The notes under the pieces: model-generated
The model's database searches: none
The model's input: the letters and a program-made list of their open reading frames with translations, nothing else
Told to the model about the DNA's origin: nothing
Part shown: positions 11,338 to 22,249 of the stretch, piece by piece
Numbering within the stretch: position 1 is the stretch's first letter
Layout of the letters: each line of letters opens with the position of its first letter
Position numbers and translations under genes: made by a program
NCBI GenBank assembly: GCA_031414775.1
Contig: JANOQI010000031.1
Coordinates: 1-64,000 of the forward strand
Direction: 5' to 3'
Source: Synechococcales cyanobacterium VAR_4_metabat_354
GTDB lineage: Bacteria; Cyanobacteriota; Cyanobacteriia; Cyanobacteriales; Chamaesiphonaceae
DNA length: 64,000 nucleotides

Positions 11338-11865
11338 ATTGAGAAGAGACGCACCCGCGATCTTCCTCAAATAAACGAAAGAATTCGTTTCCCAACAATC
11401 CGAGTCATTGATGCTGAAGGCGAACAGCTGGGCATTATTACTCCGCAAGAAGCTCTAGCGATTGCTGAAGAGCGCGAGCTTGATCTGGTACTAGTCAGTG
11501 ATAAAGCTGATCCGCCGGTCTGTAGGATTATGGACTACGGTAAGTATAAGTTTGAGATGGAGAAAAAAGCGCGCGAAGCTCGGAAAAAGCAGCATTCGGC
11601 TGAAGTTAAAGAAGTGAAGATGCGCTACACGATCGAGGAACATGACTACCAAGTACGGGTTAGTCAGGCCGATCGATTCTTGAAGGCTGGCGATAAAGTC
11701 AAGGCCACCATTACTTTCCGTGGTCGGGAAATTCAGCATTCGGACTTAGCGGAAGCACTGCTAAAACGGATGTCGGAAGATCTGAAGGAGTTGGCTGAAG
11801 TACAGCAGTATCCGAAGCGGGAAGGCCGGAACATGATGATGTTGCTCTCTCCCAAAAAAGTCTAG
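11338..11865 (+). CDS. infC: Translation initiation factor IF-3 (non-canonical start, probably ATT at 11338)
   Basis: The in-frame extension [33 protein letters not shown]...[16 protein letters not shown] lies upstream of the ORF-track ATG. There is an in-frame stop at 11287 and no ATG/GTG/TTG between it and 11530. Confidence 0.9.
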   Translation: MEKRRTRDLPQINERIRFPTIRVIDAEGEQLGIITPQEALAIAEERELDLVLVSDKADPPVCRIMDYGKYKFEMEKKAREARKKQHSAEVKEVKMRYTIEEHDYQVRVSQADRFLKAGDKVKATITFRGREIQHSDLAEALLKRMSEDLKELAEVQQYPKREGRNMMMLLSPKKV

Positions 11866-11870
11866 AACAC

Positions 11871-11909
11871 CCACCAAAAAAGCTGACCAATCGGTCAGCT
11901 TTTTGGTGG
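11871..11909. terminator. Bidirectional terminator
   Basis: CCACCAAAAAAGCTGACC-aatc-GGTCAGCTTTTTGGTGG between convergent genes. Confidence 0.8.
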
Positions 11910-11935
11910 ATATCTTTATGTTTGAGCCACTGAGG

Positions 11936-12253
11936 CTATTCCTTAATCTCAGATTTCATTCGATCGAGCGTCACCCGCATTTGGTCAAACATCTGTTGGG
12001 GAGTCATTCCAAACTGACCGAGCTGGGTGTTCATTTGCTGCACAGTCATTTGGGCCATGAAGTCGTCAGACAGCTCAAACCGTTTCATAAAAATCTTGTA
12101 GCGATCCATCAATTCTTCCATTTGATCGATAAACATCTTCTTACCATCTCGATCGAACTTCCCGTAGTTGCTGCCTAAGTTCACCAGATTCTGATAGTCT
12201 GTGAACAATTGCTTCGCTTCATTTTGGACGATTTCCGAGTCAAAGAATCCCAT
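11936..12253 (-). CDS. DUF1825-like conserved cyanobacterial protein
   Basis: MGFFDSEIVQ.EAKQLF.DYQ...YGKFDR.GK family pattern. Confidence 0.75.
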   Translation of the reverse strand: MGFFDSEIVQNEAKQLFTDYQNLVNLGSNYGKFDRDGKKMFIDQMEELMDRYKIFMKRFELSDDFMAQMTVQQMNTQLGQFGMTPQQMFDQMRVTLDRMKSEIKE

Positions 12254-12347
12254 AGCTGTTTTTACAAGAAGAATTTTAGTCCATAGCTAGGGAGCGATCC
12301 CCAGCGCCATACTTACTATTGTAATCTAGCTGCCCAGCCTTCTACAC

Positions 12348-12752
12348 ATGCGGTTTCCCTCACCACTTAGCACGGTTTTAACTCAGCCTCAGCAGCGATC
12401 GATCGCGATTGTTTTGGCGCTGGCCGGAGTAGTATTACCTGTAGCTGGTTTCCATAAGTTTTATTTGCGGCAACCAGTGTGGGGGGCTGTTTATTTATTG
12501 TTATCTTGGACTCCGATTCCCCATGTGGCAGCTGCGATCGAAGCGGTGTGGTACTTATTACAATCTGAGGGACAGCAGCTGGATCAGTTGCCCACTATGC
12601 TCATGCCCGGATCGGTGAATCTGATTGCACCAGCTAATCCGGTCAACAATGCGATCGAAGGCATTAGGCAGCTGGAACAATTGCGGATTGATGGATTGGT
12701 TACGGAGTATGAATTTGAACAAAAACGGCGACAACTTTTAGATAAAATTTGA
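12348..12752 (+). CDS. TM2/NINE domain protein with C-terminal SHOCT-like helix
   Basis: GFHKFYL...GAVYLL, and LRIDGLVTEYEFEQKRRQLL. Confidence 0.8.
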   Translation: MRFPSPLSTVLTQPQQRSIAIVLALAGVVLPVAGFHKFYLRQPVWGAVYLLLSWTPIPHVAAAIEAVWYLLQSEGQQLDQLPTMLMPGSVNLIAPANPVNNAIEGIRQLEQLRIDGLVTEYEFEQKRRQLLDKI

Positions 12753-12920
12753 CATTTTTTTGATCGATCGGCTTTTAATAATGGCTGCTGCTTTGTGGGA
12801 TTTTGGATCGATCGCGTATCTTTTCTGTTGAGAGAATTGCTTTGATTAAAAAGTTTTCTCCTTCACTAAAATCTCTACGATCTAACCAAGCAATAAAAGA
12901 CTTTATTTTCCTCATTTGAC

Positions 12921-13490
12921 TCACACTTTTTTTGGTGGAAAGATCACAGAAATGTCCAAATTAATTTCTGGAAACTGGGGTAGGTGAATCGATCGAGGTG
13001 GCAAGACAACTTGGATATTAGTGTAAATATCACTTTCTGGTTGACTGTAAATTTCTAATCGATCGTCTACTAAATTCACAACCCAATATTCACTAATTCC
13101 TGCTGCGGCATACAAAGGAGCTTTCGTATTTCGATCGAAGCTCAAAGTAGAATCAGCAACCTCAATTACCAAAATGATATCGGCAGGTGTAGGATGACTA
13201 TCTAGATAATTATCTTCCCGCAACCTAGCAATCACAATATCCGGCTCTGGTTCACTATTATTGGGCAAAGTAATCGGGTCTTGACAACGAATTTTAGCTC
13301 TGCGTCCCAAGAGTAGAAGCAATTCACTCATTAATTCAGTAGTCGCAACAGTATGTCGAGTTCCTTTAGCTGCCATATTAAAGATTTGCCCTGAAATTAA
13401 TTCAATACGTTCTCCTTCATGAATAATGCCAGTCTTAATCATCCGGTGATAGTCATCAATAGTAATGGAGCGGACTTGAGTATTAACCAT
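12921..13490 (-). CDS. Uma2 family PD-(D/E)XK endonuclease-like protein
   Basis: ERIELISG, EPEPD, IEVADS, K..LYAAAGISEYWVVN. Start at MVNTQ with AGGGGG RBS. Confidence 0.9.
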   Translation of the reverse strand: MVNTQVRSITIDDYHRMIKTGIIHEGERIELISGQIFNMAAKGTRHTVATTELMSELLLLLGRRAKIRCQDPITLPNNSEPEPDIVIARLREDNYLDSHPTPADIILVIEVADSTLSFDRNTKAPLYAAAGISEYWVVNLVDDRLEIYSQPESDIYTNIQVVLPPRSIHLPQFPEINLDISVIFPPKKV

Positions 13491-13552
13491 GCAACCCCCT
13501 AAAACACAGCTTATATCTAAGATTATCTGGCGCGGTCGAGAGAATAACAAGA

Positions 13553-14446
13553 TTAAGCAGTAGCCGCAAAACTCTCAACCCATTTAACTAAAATCGGATT
13601 TACCAACTCCGGCGCATCATCCTGCGGACAATGACCCACCCCCGGTAAAGCAATAAACTGCTGCACAGCTGGATAATTAGCAAATTCTCGACCCAACGCG
13701 ATCGGCTCCCACGGATCAACTTCCCCCCAAATAATCAGCGCCGGACAAGATAACAACGGCAATAAATCCTCCGGCAACGGCCCCTGAGAATAGGCCGTAA
13801 AAGACAAAAACACATCTGCCGCCCCCGGATCCGCCGCTGGTTTCATCAAAATATCCACCAGCTCATCAGTCACCGACTCCGCCCGACCGTAAGCCTGCCG
13901 CAGAATATTTTTGACAGTGTTCGGCTGCGCCAACTGCTTGAAGAAAAAGTTGCCGATCGCTTTATTCTGCAAAACCTGCTGCACAATTGGCGTCCCAATT
14001 TGTTTAAACCACGGTTGAGTAGCTTGCTTGCGCTCATGCAGCAACCGCAAAGAACAATTCAACAGCGCCACCCCTTGCACCAGCGCTGGTTCATCCACCG
14101 CCGCTTGCATAATCGCCACACAGCCGATCGAATTAGCAATCAACAACATTGGTTCCCCGACAACTTCCCGGCCAAAGTCCCTAATTTGGGCACTCCAAGT
14201 CTCAAAGGTGTAGTCTATTTCTTGACCCGGCGTGGGCTTAGCTGAAGCTCCAAAACCAATGAGATCGATCGCAAAGCAACGGCAATGTTCAGCTAGCACC
14301 GGGATGTTTTTGCGCCAATGCCCTACCGAAGCACCAAAACCATGTACTAATAAAACAGCCCGACCCTTCTCGCCCTGTTGCTGATAATTAATGGAGTGAC
14401 CGCGCCACTGCCAAGTTTTGTTTGCGATTGAAGGGGCAGCGAGCAT
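13553..14446 (-). CDS. Alpha/beta fold hydrolase
   Basis: HGFGASVGHWRKN, ANSIG, DPWEP, GHCPQD. Confidence 0.9.
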   Translation of the reverse strand: MLAAPSIANKTWQWRGHSINYQQQGEKGRAVLLVHGFGASVGHWRKNIPVLAEHCRCFAIDLIGFGASAKPTPGQEIDYTFETWSAQIRDFGREVVGEPMLLIANSIGCVAIMQAAVDEPALVQGVALLNCSLRLLHERKQATQPWFKQIGTPIVQQVLQNKAIGNFFFKQLAQPNTVKNILRQAYGRAESVTDELVDILMKPAADPGAADVFLSFTAYSQGPLPEDLLPLLSCPALIIWGEVDPWEPIALGREFANYPAVQQFIALPGVGHCPQDDAPELVNPILVKWVESFAATA

Positions 14447-14635
14447 GGCAAAATTTCCAGAGATGAGTTCTCTATATAAGTTACGGAAAATTAGTGGGAA
14501 TAACAATGCCAAAAATTTATCCCCGTCATAAGCAGATGAAATGCATCATTTTGCATCTTGTGTTACCTAAATTCGGTATGCTAAGGTCGGTATTGGCTAC
14601 ATCATTAACTATATTTTTGGGACGGACAACAAATA

Positions 14636-14959
14636 ATGCCAGCAGCACTTGGGATGATTGAAGTCAAAGGTCTGCCTCCGGCACTTGCCGCCGCCGATGC
14701 TATGGTTAAAGCCGCTCGGGTCACGCTAGTCGGCTACGAAAAAGTTAGCAGTATGCGCTACACGCCGATCGTGCGCGGGTCAGTTTCGGAAGTGCAAGTT
14801 GCAGTGGCTGCCGGCGTAGAAGCCATCCGCAAAGTGTGTCAGGGCATTGACGAAGAACTACTATACAGCTACCACGTTATCCCGAACCCTCACGCCAATT
14901 TAGACTTTGTGTTAGAAGAAATTGCCTATAACGATCGAACGTCTCAATTCACGTTTTAA
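14636..14959 (+). CDS. ccmK: BMC-domain carboxysome shell protein, minor CcmK paralog at a satellite locus
   Basis: GMIE..G...ALAAADAMVKAARVTLVGYEK, RGSVSEV, HVIPNPHANL. Confidence 0.85.
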   Translation: MPAALGMIEVKGLPPALAAADAMVKAARVTLVGYEKVSSMRYTPIVRGSVSEVQVAVAAGVEAIRKVCQGIDEELLYSYHVIPNPHANLDFVLEEIAYNDRTSQFTF

Positions 14960-15774
14960 CGATTTTTGCGTTTATTAAAGAGAATCACGTCTTCTTTAAG
15001 GGTAATGTCATAACCTTTATAAACATCGTGACCCAACAGACCATAATTCAGCTCGTTTTTGCCCACTGATACTGCGATATTGTTGGTTACTCCCTGGCCA
15101 AATTGCACCGATTGGAGTTCAACGATATCAAACTCGCTGATGCCACTAGCTGTTTTGGCGGTGGTTTTCCCGGAAGCCTGTAATTGTAGCTGATTAGCCA
15201 TCGCTCTGGTCAGTAAAGTACGACTGGCACCAGTATCTAGTAGCATTTGAAATTTCTGTTGGCCATTTAAAGTCACTTCAATGACTGGAATATTGTCCAA
15301 TTTTTTAATAATTGGAATTGAGAAAGAATTAGAGTTCTCGACGGGAATAAGCGATAAATCAACTTTCGGCACTGGTTCCTGGAAAGTTGCAGCTTTTTGG
15401 CGAGCTTGGCTCATCCTTTGCTGATACTGTGGCAGTATACCGACAGCTTGTCGATAATTAGGGCTGTTTTTGGGCACCGACTGGAGCAATTTCAGGGCAT
15501 CTTGCCACTGATTAGTCACCAAATTCCAGTCTTCCCGAGTCAGAGCCGACTCACTAATGGTGCGAGCTGCAGCAGCCACACTAAGGGCATCTTGATAGGT
15601 ATCAACGACCGTAGCGGCCATCAAATTGGGCTGCACAGCTGGTATCTTAGCTACCGGAGTTGGAGTATTACTAGCAACAGGAAGAATAGCAATATCCACA
15701 GGCGGCGCTGGATGGCAGGCGGTTAGAACCAATAAACTAATAATTATGCCGCTACCACGAAATTTTTGTAACAT
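14956..15774 (-). CDS. Putative lipoprotein with retropepsin-like aspartyl protease domain
   Basis: Lipobox LTAC, helical middle region, LLDTGAS and GLLG motifs. Confidence 0.8.
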   Translation of the reverse strand: MLQKFRGSGIIISLLVLTACHPAPPVDIAILPVASNTPTPVAKIPAVQPNLMAATVVDTYQDALSVAAAARTISESALTREDWNLVTNQWQDALKLLQSVPKNSPNYRQAVGILPQYQQRMSQARQKAATFQEPVPKVDLSLIPVENSNSFSIPIIKKLDNIPVIEVTLNGQQKFQMLLDTGASRTLLTRAMANQLQLQASGKTTAKTASGISEFDIVELQSVQFGQGVTNNIAVSVGKNELNYGLLGHDVYKGYDITLKEDVILFNKRKNR

Positions 15775-15864
15775 CCTGCGTACTGCTCACTGAAACAATT
15801 TTACTGTTACATGTCCAATTCTTTTATACAGCAGTAATGATGTTTAATCGGGAATTTTTGGCAC

Positions 15865-15891
15865 AAAAAAGCAGGCGATTAATTCGCCTGC
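15865..15891 (-). terminator. groEL2 terminator
   Basis: GCAGGCGA...TCGCCTGC hairpin followed by T6 on the minus strand. Confidence 0.8.
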
Positions 15892-15936
15892 TAGTTAATC
15901 AGTAAATGAACTGAACTGATCAATGAGTGGGCAATC

Positions 15937-17583
<1,647 letters not shown>

Positions 17584-17617
17584 TTATTTAATTTAGCTTA
17601 GACATTCCATAAAAAAT

Positions 17618-17644
17618 TTAGCACTCTCTGGGCTGGAGTGCTAA
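17618..17644. promoter_or_regulatory. CIRCE element (HrcA operator)
   Basis: Perfect TTAGCACTC-N9-GAGTGCTAA upstream of groEL2. Confidence 0.97.
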
Positions 17645-17664
17645 AGGGATTTGAAGCATATTTG

Positions 17665-17680
17665 GTGCGGTTTTCCGAAC
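17665..17680 (-). promoter_or_regulatory. K-box heat/light-response element
   Basis: Minus strand GTTCGG-AAAA-CCGCAC fits the GTTCGG-NNAN-CCNNAC consensus, just upstream of CIRCE. Confidence 0.8.
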
Positions 17681-17715
17681 TAGAGCCGGATACCAGTCAG
17701 AATTAGCGCTAAAAA

Positions 17716-17925
17716 CTAGTAGCTGTCGTCGTCATTAGCCGACTTGGTAGCCAGCAGATGGTTAGCTTCACTGAGCTGATCGGCGATCGCTTGCCGCAGA
17801 GTCAGACTGACTTCTGGATTAGCCAAAACCTCTTGTGCGAGCTGTCGGTAGATGGCACTTTTCTCAGGGTTTACTCGCTCTAGAAGTTGAAGATTTTCGT
17901 AAGCAGTTTGAGGTGAAGTATCCAT
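17716..17925 (-). CDS. Small hypothetical helical protein (69 aa)
   Basis: ATG with AGGAGAG RBS and plausible composition. Confidence 0.7.
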   Translation of the reverse strand: MDTSPQTAYENLQLLERVNPEKSAIYRQLAQEVLANPEVSLTLRQAIADQLSEANHLLATKSANDDDSY

Positions 17926-18105
17926 CTTAGTTAACTCTCCTAATAAATTTCTGCAATAAATTCAGCCGCCGTCCATCATCTAAATTCAATTCGATTTCAC
18001 CAGCTCGGGTAATAACATCGACTCGATCACTAACCCGAGCGTACTAACAGCTCACTAGTTTCGTTATCGGTCTTTTCTCTTACCAGCAACTAATACAATA
18101 TTAGC

Positions 18106-19590
18106 TCAAGGCAAATCAGTACTACCCATTAGGTATAGGTCACACTCCCGAGCAGCACCGCGACCTTCATTGAAAGCCCAAACCACTAAGCTCTGACCGC
18201 GCCGACAGTCTCCAGCCGCAAATACCCCCGGAATGCTGGTGGTGTATTTATCATATTCAGCCTTCACATTGCTGCGGGCATCGCGCTCCACGCCCAAATC
18301 ATCGAGCAGCGGCTGTTCTGGACCAAGGAAGCCCATCGCGAGTAGTACCAACTGGGCAGGTAAAACTCGCTCCGTGCCAGCAATGTGTTTCAGCACAAAT
18401 TGACCTTTCTCGTTTTTCTCCCACTGCACCTGCACAATGTGGATACCAGTGACATTGCCCTGGTCATCGCTTTCAAACTTGGTGGCAGTCGTGAGATAAG
18501 CCCGGGGATCGCTACCAAATTTGGCTGCTGCTTCCTCTTGACCATAGTCCATTTTGTAGACCTTCGGCCACTCTGGCCAGGGATTGTCAGCCGCCCGGGT
18601 CAGCGGGGGACTGGGCATAATTTCGAGTTGAGTCACACTCTTACAGCCATGCCGAATAGAGGTACCCACGCAGTCGGTACCCGTATCACCGCCACCAATA
18701 ATCACCACATCTTGGCCAGCCGCCGAAATGTATTTACTGTTGGGGCTATTGTCCAAAACAGCCTGAGTATTGGCAGTCAAGAAATCCATTGCAAAGTGAA
18801 TCCCCTGCAACTGCCGCCCCTCGATCGGCAAATCGCGTGGTTTAGTGGCTCCAGTACAAAGCACCACCGCATCAAAATCTTTGCGTAAATCAGCGGTAGA
18901 GAGGTCTTTGCCTACTTCCACATTGCACTGAAATTTCACGCCCTCGGCTTCTAATAATTTCAGACGGCGCAATACCACCTGTTCTTTTTCTAATTTCATG
19001 TTGGGAATGCCATACATCAGCAATCCGCCCGGTCGATCGGCTCTTTCCAGCACAGTTACCCAATGGCCAGCTTTATTGAGTTGCGCCGCCACACAGAGTC
19101 CGGCGGGTCCAGAACCCACCACGGCTACTTTTTTACCAGTGCGCTTGGCAGGCGGTGCGGGGACGATCCAACCTTCTTCCCAGCCTTTGTCAACGATCGC
19201 ATGTTCAATATTTTTGATGGTGACGGCGGGATTATGAATGCTTAAGACGCAAGAACCCTCGCAAGGAGCGGGACAGACCCGGCCAGTGAATTCGGGAAAA
19301 TTGTTAGTCTTATGCAGCCGATCGAGCGCTTCCCGCCACAATCCTCGATACACCAAATCATTCCACTCGGGGATCAAATTATTGATTGGGCAGCCGCTGG
19401 CCATCCCGCCGATCAAATTGCCAGTATGACAAAAGGGCGTGCCACAATCCATGCAGCGTGCGCCTTGGTTGCGCAGATTGTCATCGGGCAGGGCTAAATG
19501 AAACTCGTCCCAATTGTGAATGCGATCGATTGGCGACAGCTCGGAGGAGACTTCCCGCTGATATTCGATAAAGCCGGTTGGTTTTCCCAT
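18106..19590 (-). CDS. gltD: NADH-dependent glutamate synthase small subunit
   Basis: [48 protein letters not shown]. Confidence 0.95.
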   Translation of the reverse strand: MGKPTGFIEYQREVSSELSPIDRIHNWDEFHLALPDDNLRNQGARCMDCGTPFCHTGNLIGGMASGCPINNLIPEWNDLVYRGLWREALDRLHKTNNFPEFTGRVCPAPCEGSCVLSIHNPAVTIKNIEHAIVDKGWEEGWIVPAPPAKRTGKKVAVVGSGPAGLCVAAQLNKAGHWVTVLERADRPGGLLMYGIPNMKLEKEQVVLRRLKLLEAEGVKFQCNVEVGKDLSTADLRKDFDAVVLCTGATKPRDLPIEGRQLQGIHFAMDFLTANTQAVLDNSPNSKYISAAGQDVVIIGGGDTGTDCVGTSIRHGCKSVTQLEIMPSPPLTRAADNPWPEWPKVYKMDYGQEEAAAKFGSDPRAYLTTATKFESDDQGNVTGIHIVQVQWEKNEKGQFVLKHIAGTERVLPAQLVLLAMGFLGPEQPLLDDLGVERDARSNVKAEYDKYTTSIPGVFAAGDCRRGQSLVVWAFNEGRGAARECDLYLMGSTDLP

Positions 19591-19754
19591 AGTTATGACA
19601 TACTCCTACGCTGACTCTGATTCATAAAATATCGGCTCCTTTGGGGCATCTGATATTGTATCGAACATCTCTGGAGCTATCCAAAAAAACTGGGTAGAAA
19701 AAATTATTACGTTACAATTCGGGGCATTGGTGAGCACGGTTCAATCGAGAGTAA

Positions 19755-19900
19755 TCGGAGCCAGTGACGGGGAATGGGGTGTTGACGCTGGATACTCATG
19801 TGGGAGCATCTGTCGATCGGATGTGGCTGCTTTAGTTTGTAAGTGTTTGGCCTCAGACAATGCCAAGAATCAGGTGCTGTCAGCATTTGATAGAAACATG
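19755..19900 (+). pseudogene. 3' remnant of an NAD(P)H-binding SDR/flavin-reductase-like gene
   Basis: SEPVTGNGVLTLDTHV in one frame, then a frameshift to GSICRSDVAALVCKCLASDNAKNQVLSAFDRNM. No N-terminal Rossmann motif. Confidence 0.65.
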
Positions 19901-19905
19901 GTCTT

Positions 19906-20351
19906 ACGGGGGCAGCGGGATCGGCGCGGCGAGATTGGTCGGAGGCGGGGTTTCAAATTAGTGATGTGGGTAGTGGAGGTGGAGCAGATTGAGAAGCTTT
20001 GCGGGGTAGCGGCAGATCGGCCAGTGATTTTGTTGTTGCCGAGGTTGGAGGATGCGGCGATTGTGGGGATTGGATATGCGGCGCGGCAGCTACGGGACAG
20101 GTTTAATAAGACTTTGACGACGGCGTACTATATCGGGCTGCTGTCGGATGAGGTGGCGATTTATCGGTGTTTTCCGGGGCAGTGGTAGGTGTGGCGGATG
20201 CAGGATGAGGAATATTAGGTGATTGCGGAGTTGCAAGCCGTTGGGTGATGAGTTGGACAGGATCTTGACGGGGGATGAGGAGTCGGCTCCGGCAACAGCA
20301 GCGGGGATTTTCAGTGGCTTGAAGAGATTTATGAAAACTTTGGGTGGCTAG
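19906..20351 (+). pseudogene. Degraded DUF1995-like gene remnant
   Basis: TGAAGSARRDW...ISDVGS, then a frameshift/deletion to VEVEQIEKLC...PRLEDAAIVGIGYAARQLRDRF...YRCFPGQW*VWRMQDEEY*, then PLGDELDRIL...GLKRFMKTL. Internal stops are present. Confidence 0.7.
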
Positions 20352-20467
20352 TAAAATTTAGTTGATTTGCTCAATGTTTATGGATTAAATTAATCAATCT
20401 AAAATAAAGACTTGAATCTTAAAATATGGTCAAGCCCCTAACAGTTCGACACTCCTGTTAGTCATAA

Positions 20468-21373
20468 TTATTTTGATTTTTGGTAAGATAATTGTTCAAT
20501 TCCTCGCAGTAGTACATCTAATCCTCTTGGAGTAGTGGCGCATTGGTTATTATTTTGTATGATAAAGTCAGCTTCTTTTCTATATGGTTCGATAAATTTC
20601 TGATACCCAGGTTGAACATTCTGACGGTAGCCATCTTTAATCTTTTCTAGATCCTGTATATTTCTGTCATCTACATCTCTTGTTAAACGTCTGTCGTATC
20701 GTCTAATATCATCAGCTTCCACCCAAATCCGGAGATCAAACATATCTAGCAATAATGGATCGTAAAATGCAAAAATTCCTTCTACAATTATTATTGGAGA
20801 AGGTTTGCAAGAACGGTAGCCATCTTGTATTTCATTTTGGAAATCATATGTTGGAATTTCAACTTCCTGACCTGCTTTCAATTGTCCCAAATCAAATACA
20901 GCACTACTAATGTCAATGGATTTAGGATTATCATGAGTATATTGTAGATTTTTTACGTAATTGCTTTCTTTATAATATCCATCTAAACCAAATAAGCAGA
21001 CAGTTTCACTACAATGCTTCTTAAACTGATTTGCTAACCATGTTTTTCCTGAGCAACTACCTCCAGAAATACCAACAACTACACTATCCCATAATAATGA
21101 TTTAACCTTAGCTTTTAATTCTGGGTCTTGCAGTAATTGGGTCACAGTATTTTCCAATTTTTCAGGCGATTCTTGCAACATATTTTCAGCCTGTTGTCCT
21201 TGCAATTTATTACGAATAACTTTGCCAATTTCTTCTATTTTCTTAGCTCCTACTTTGCCTAGTTGTTTACCTAATTCCCCGTATAATCCTTTGTTTATCG
21301 ATAATGAAGAAAATGCAATATAGCCCAATGCGCGATCTAAAGAATGACTAAACTCAGGTGGAATTGGTAACAT
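20468..21373 (-). CDS. Uridine kinase-like P-loop kinase with about 95-aa N-terminal extension; AT-rich
   Basis: GISGGSCSGKT, DGYY, PTYDF, IIIVEGIF, RRLTRD, FIEP...ADFII. Confidence 0.82.
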   Translation of the reverse strand: MLPIPPEFSHSLDRALGYIAFSSLSINKGLYGELGKQLGKVGAKKIEEIGKVIRNKLQGQQAENMLQESPEKLENTVTQLLQDPELKAKVKSLLWDSVVVGISGGSCSGKTWLANQFKKHCSETVCLFGLDGYYKESNYVKNLQYTHDNPKSIDISSAVFDLGQLKAGQEVEIPTYDFQNEIQDGYRSCKPSPIIIVEGIFAFYDPLLLDMFDLRIWVEADDIRRYDRRLTRDVDDRNIQDLEKIKDGYRQNVQPGYQKFIEPYRKEADFIIQNNNQCATTPRGLDVLLRGIEQLSYQKSK

Positions 21374-21579
21374 GTCGGTTGATCAATTATTATAATACTA
21401 GTTATAGCATATAAAAGTCCGAGTGTGTCACACTACACACTATGGATCAAAGTGGCTATTAGATTTAAGCAAGTGTTGTCAATTGATTATTGCAGTAAGT
21501 CGTAAATGAATCAGTGGAATAAAAAAATGGCTTCACCAAAACTTAGATTACAATGGAAATATTATGATTAAGGCTGCTC

Positions 21580-21876
21580 ATGAGCATCGGCCTAAACCCT
21601 AACCAAGAGCAATTCATTCAAACCAAACTCCAAGCTGAAAAGCATTACTCCGCCGAAGAAATCTTTGAAATTGCTATCCGGCTGCTGGATGAGGACGATC
21701 GCCTACGGTGCAGTCAAGCTGAACGCACTGATACAGCCTGGGTCAAAGATGTGCAACAGAAAATTGATGCCGCTATTTCTGCATTAGCCCATCCCATCAA
21801 CGGGGAAACATTCGTCAACGAAATTCTAGAGCGTTTCCATAAATTAGCAAATCAAGCACGAGAACTAATCCACTAA
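21580..21876 (+). CDS. ParD-like (RHH) antitoxin, no adjacent toxin
   Basis: MSI.L.P.QEQFIQTKLQ...Y.SAEE..EIA.RLL and KIDAA...INGE.FV pattern. Confidence 0.65.
   Translation: MSIGLNPNQEQFIQTKLQAEKHYSAEEIFEIAIRLLDEDDRLRCSQAERTDTAWVKDVQQKIDAAISALAHPINGETFVNEILERFHKLANQARELIH
21703..21726 (+). repeat. 24-bp small dispersed repeat-like insert at a CGATCGC site
   Basis: CGATCGC|CTACGGTGCAGTCAAGCTGAACGC. It is in frame (LRCSQAER), carries a CAG-TCAAG-CTG mini-hairpin and ends in a repeated CGC. Confidence 0.55.
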
Positions 21877-21949
21877 GCTACTACTGACATCCTGGGGTGC
21901 GATCGATCAAGCTAAAATAAAGAATAGAATCTAGAACAAGGTCAAACCC

Positions 21950-22249
21950 ATGACAGTTTCTCCAGAGGAGAGGTTTCACCAAAGACAACCCCGCTACAGC
22001 AAAGAAGAATTTGCTCGCCGTGGCGATGAAATTTATGAATCCCAAATACGATCTCAAGTTGAAGGAGACAACCACGGTAAAATAGTTGCGATCGATATCG
22101 ACACCGGCACCTTTGAACTAGCCGACGACACCATGACCGCCACTCGAAAACTCCTAGAACATTGCCCTGATTCACAAACCTGGGTAGTCAGGATCGGCCA
22201 TCGCGCAGTTCATCGCTTCGGCGCACGGAGTCTTAAAGACACTTTATGA
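21950..22249 (+). CDS. Small hypothetical protein (DUF5678-like) coupled to an aspartyl protease gene
   Basis: RRGDEIYE..IR, GKIVAIDIDTG.F, RIG. Its stop overlaps the next start (ATGA). Confidence 0.7.
   Translation: MTVSPEERFHQRQPRYSKEEFARRGDEIYESQIRSQVEGDNHGKIVAIDIDTGTFELADDTMTATRKLLEHCPDSQTWVVRIGHRAVHRFGARSLKDTL

Noticed and set aside
20434..20463. CTAACAG...CTGTTAG inverted repeat after the uridine kinase, resembling integron attC ends
   Set aside because: Only about 28 bp, far shorter than attC sites. The R boxes are imperfect, and there is no integrase or second copy.
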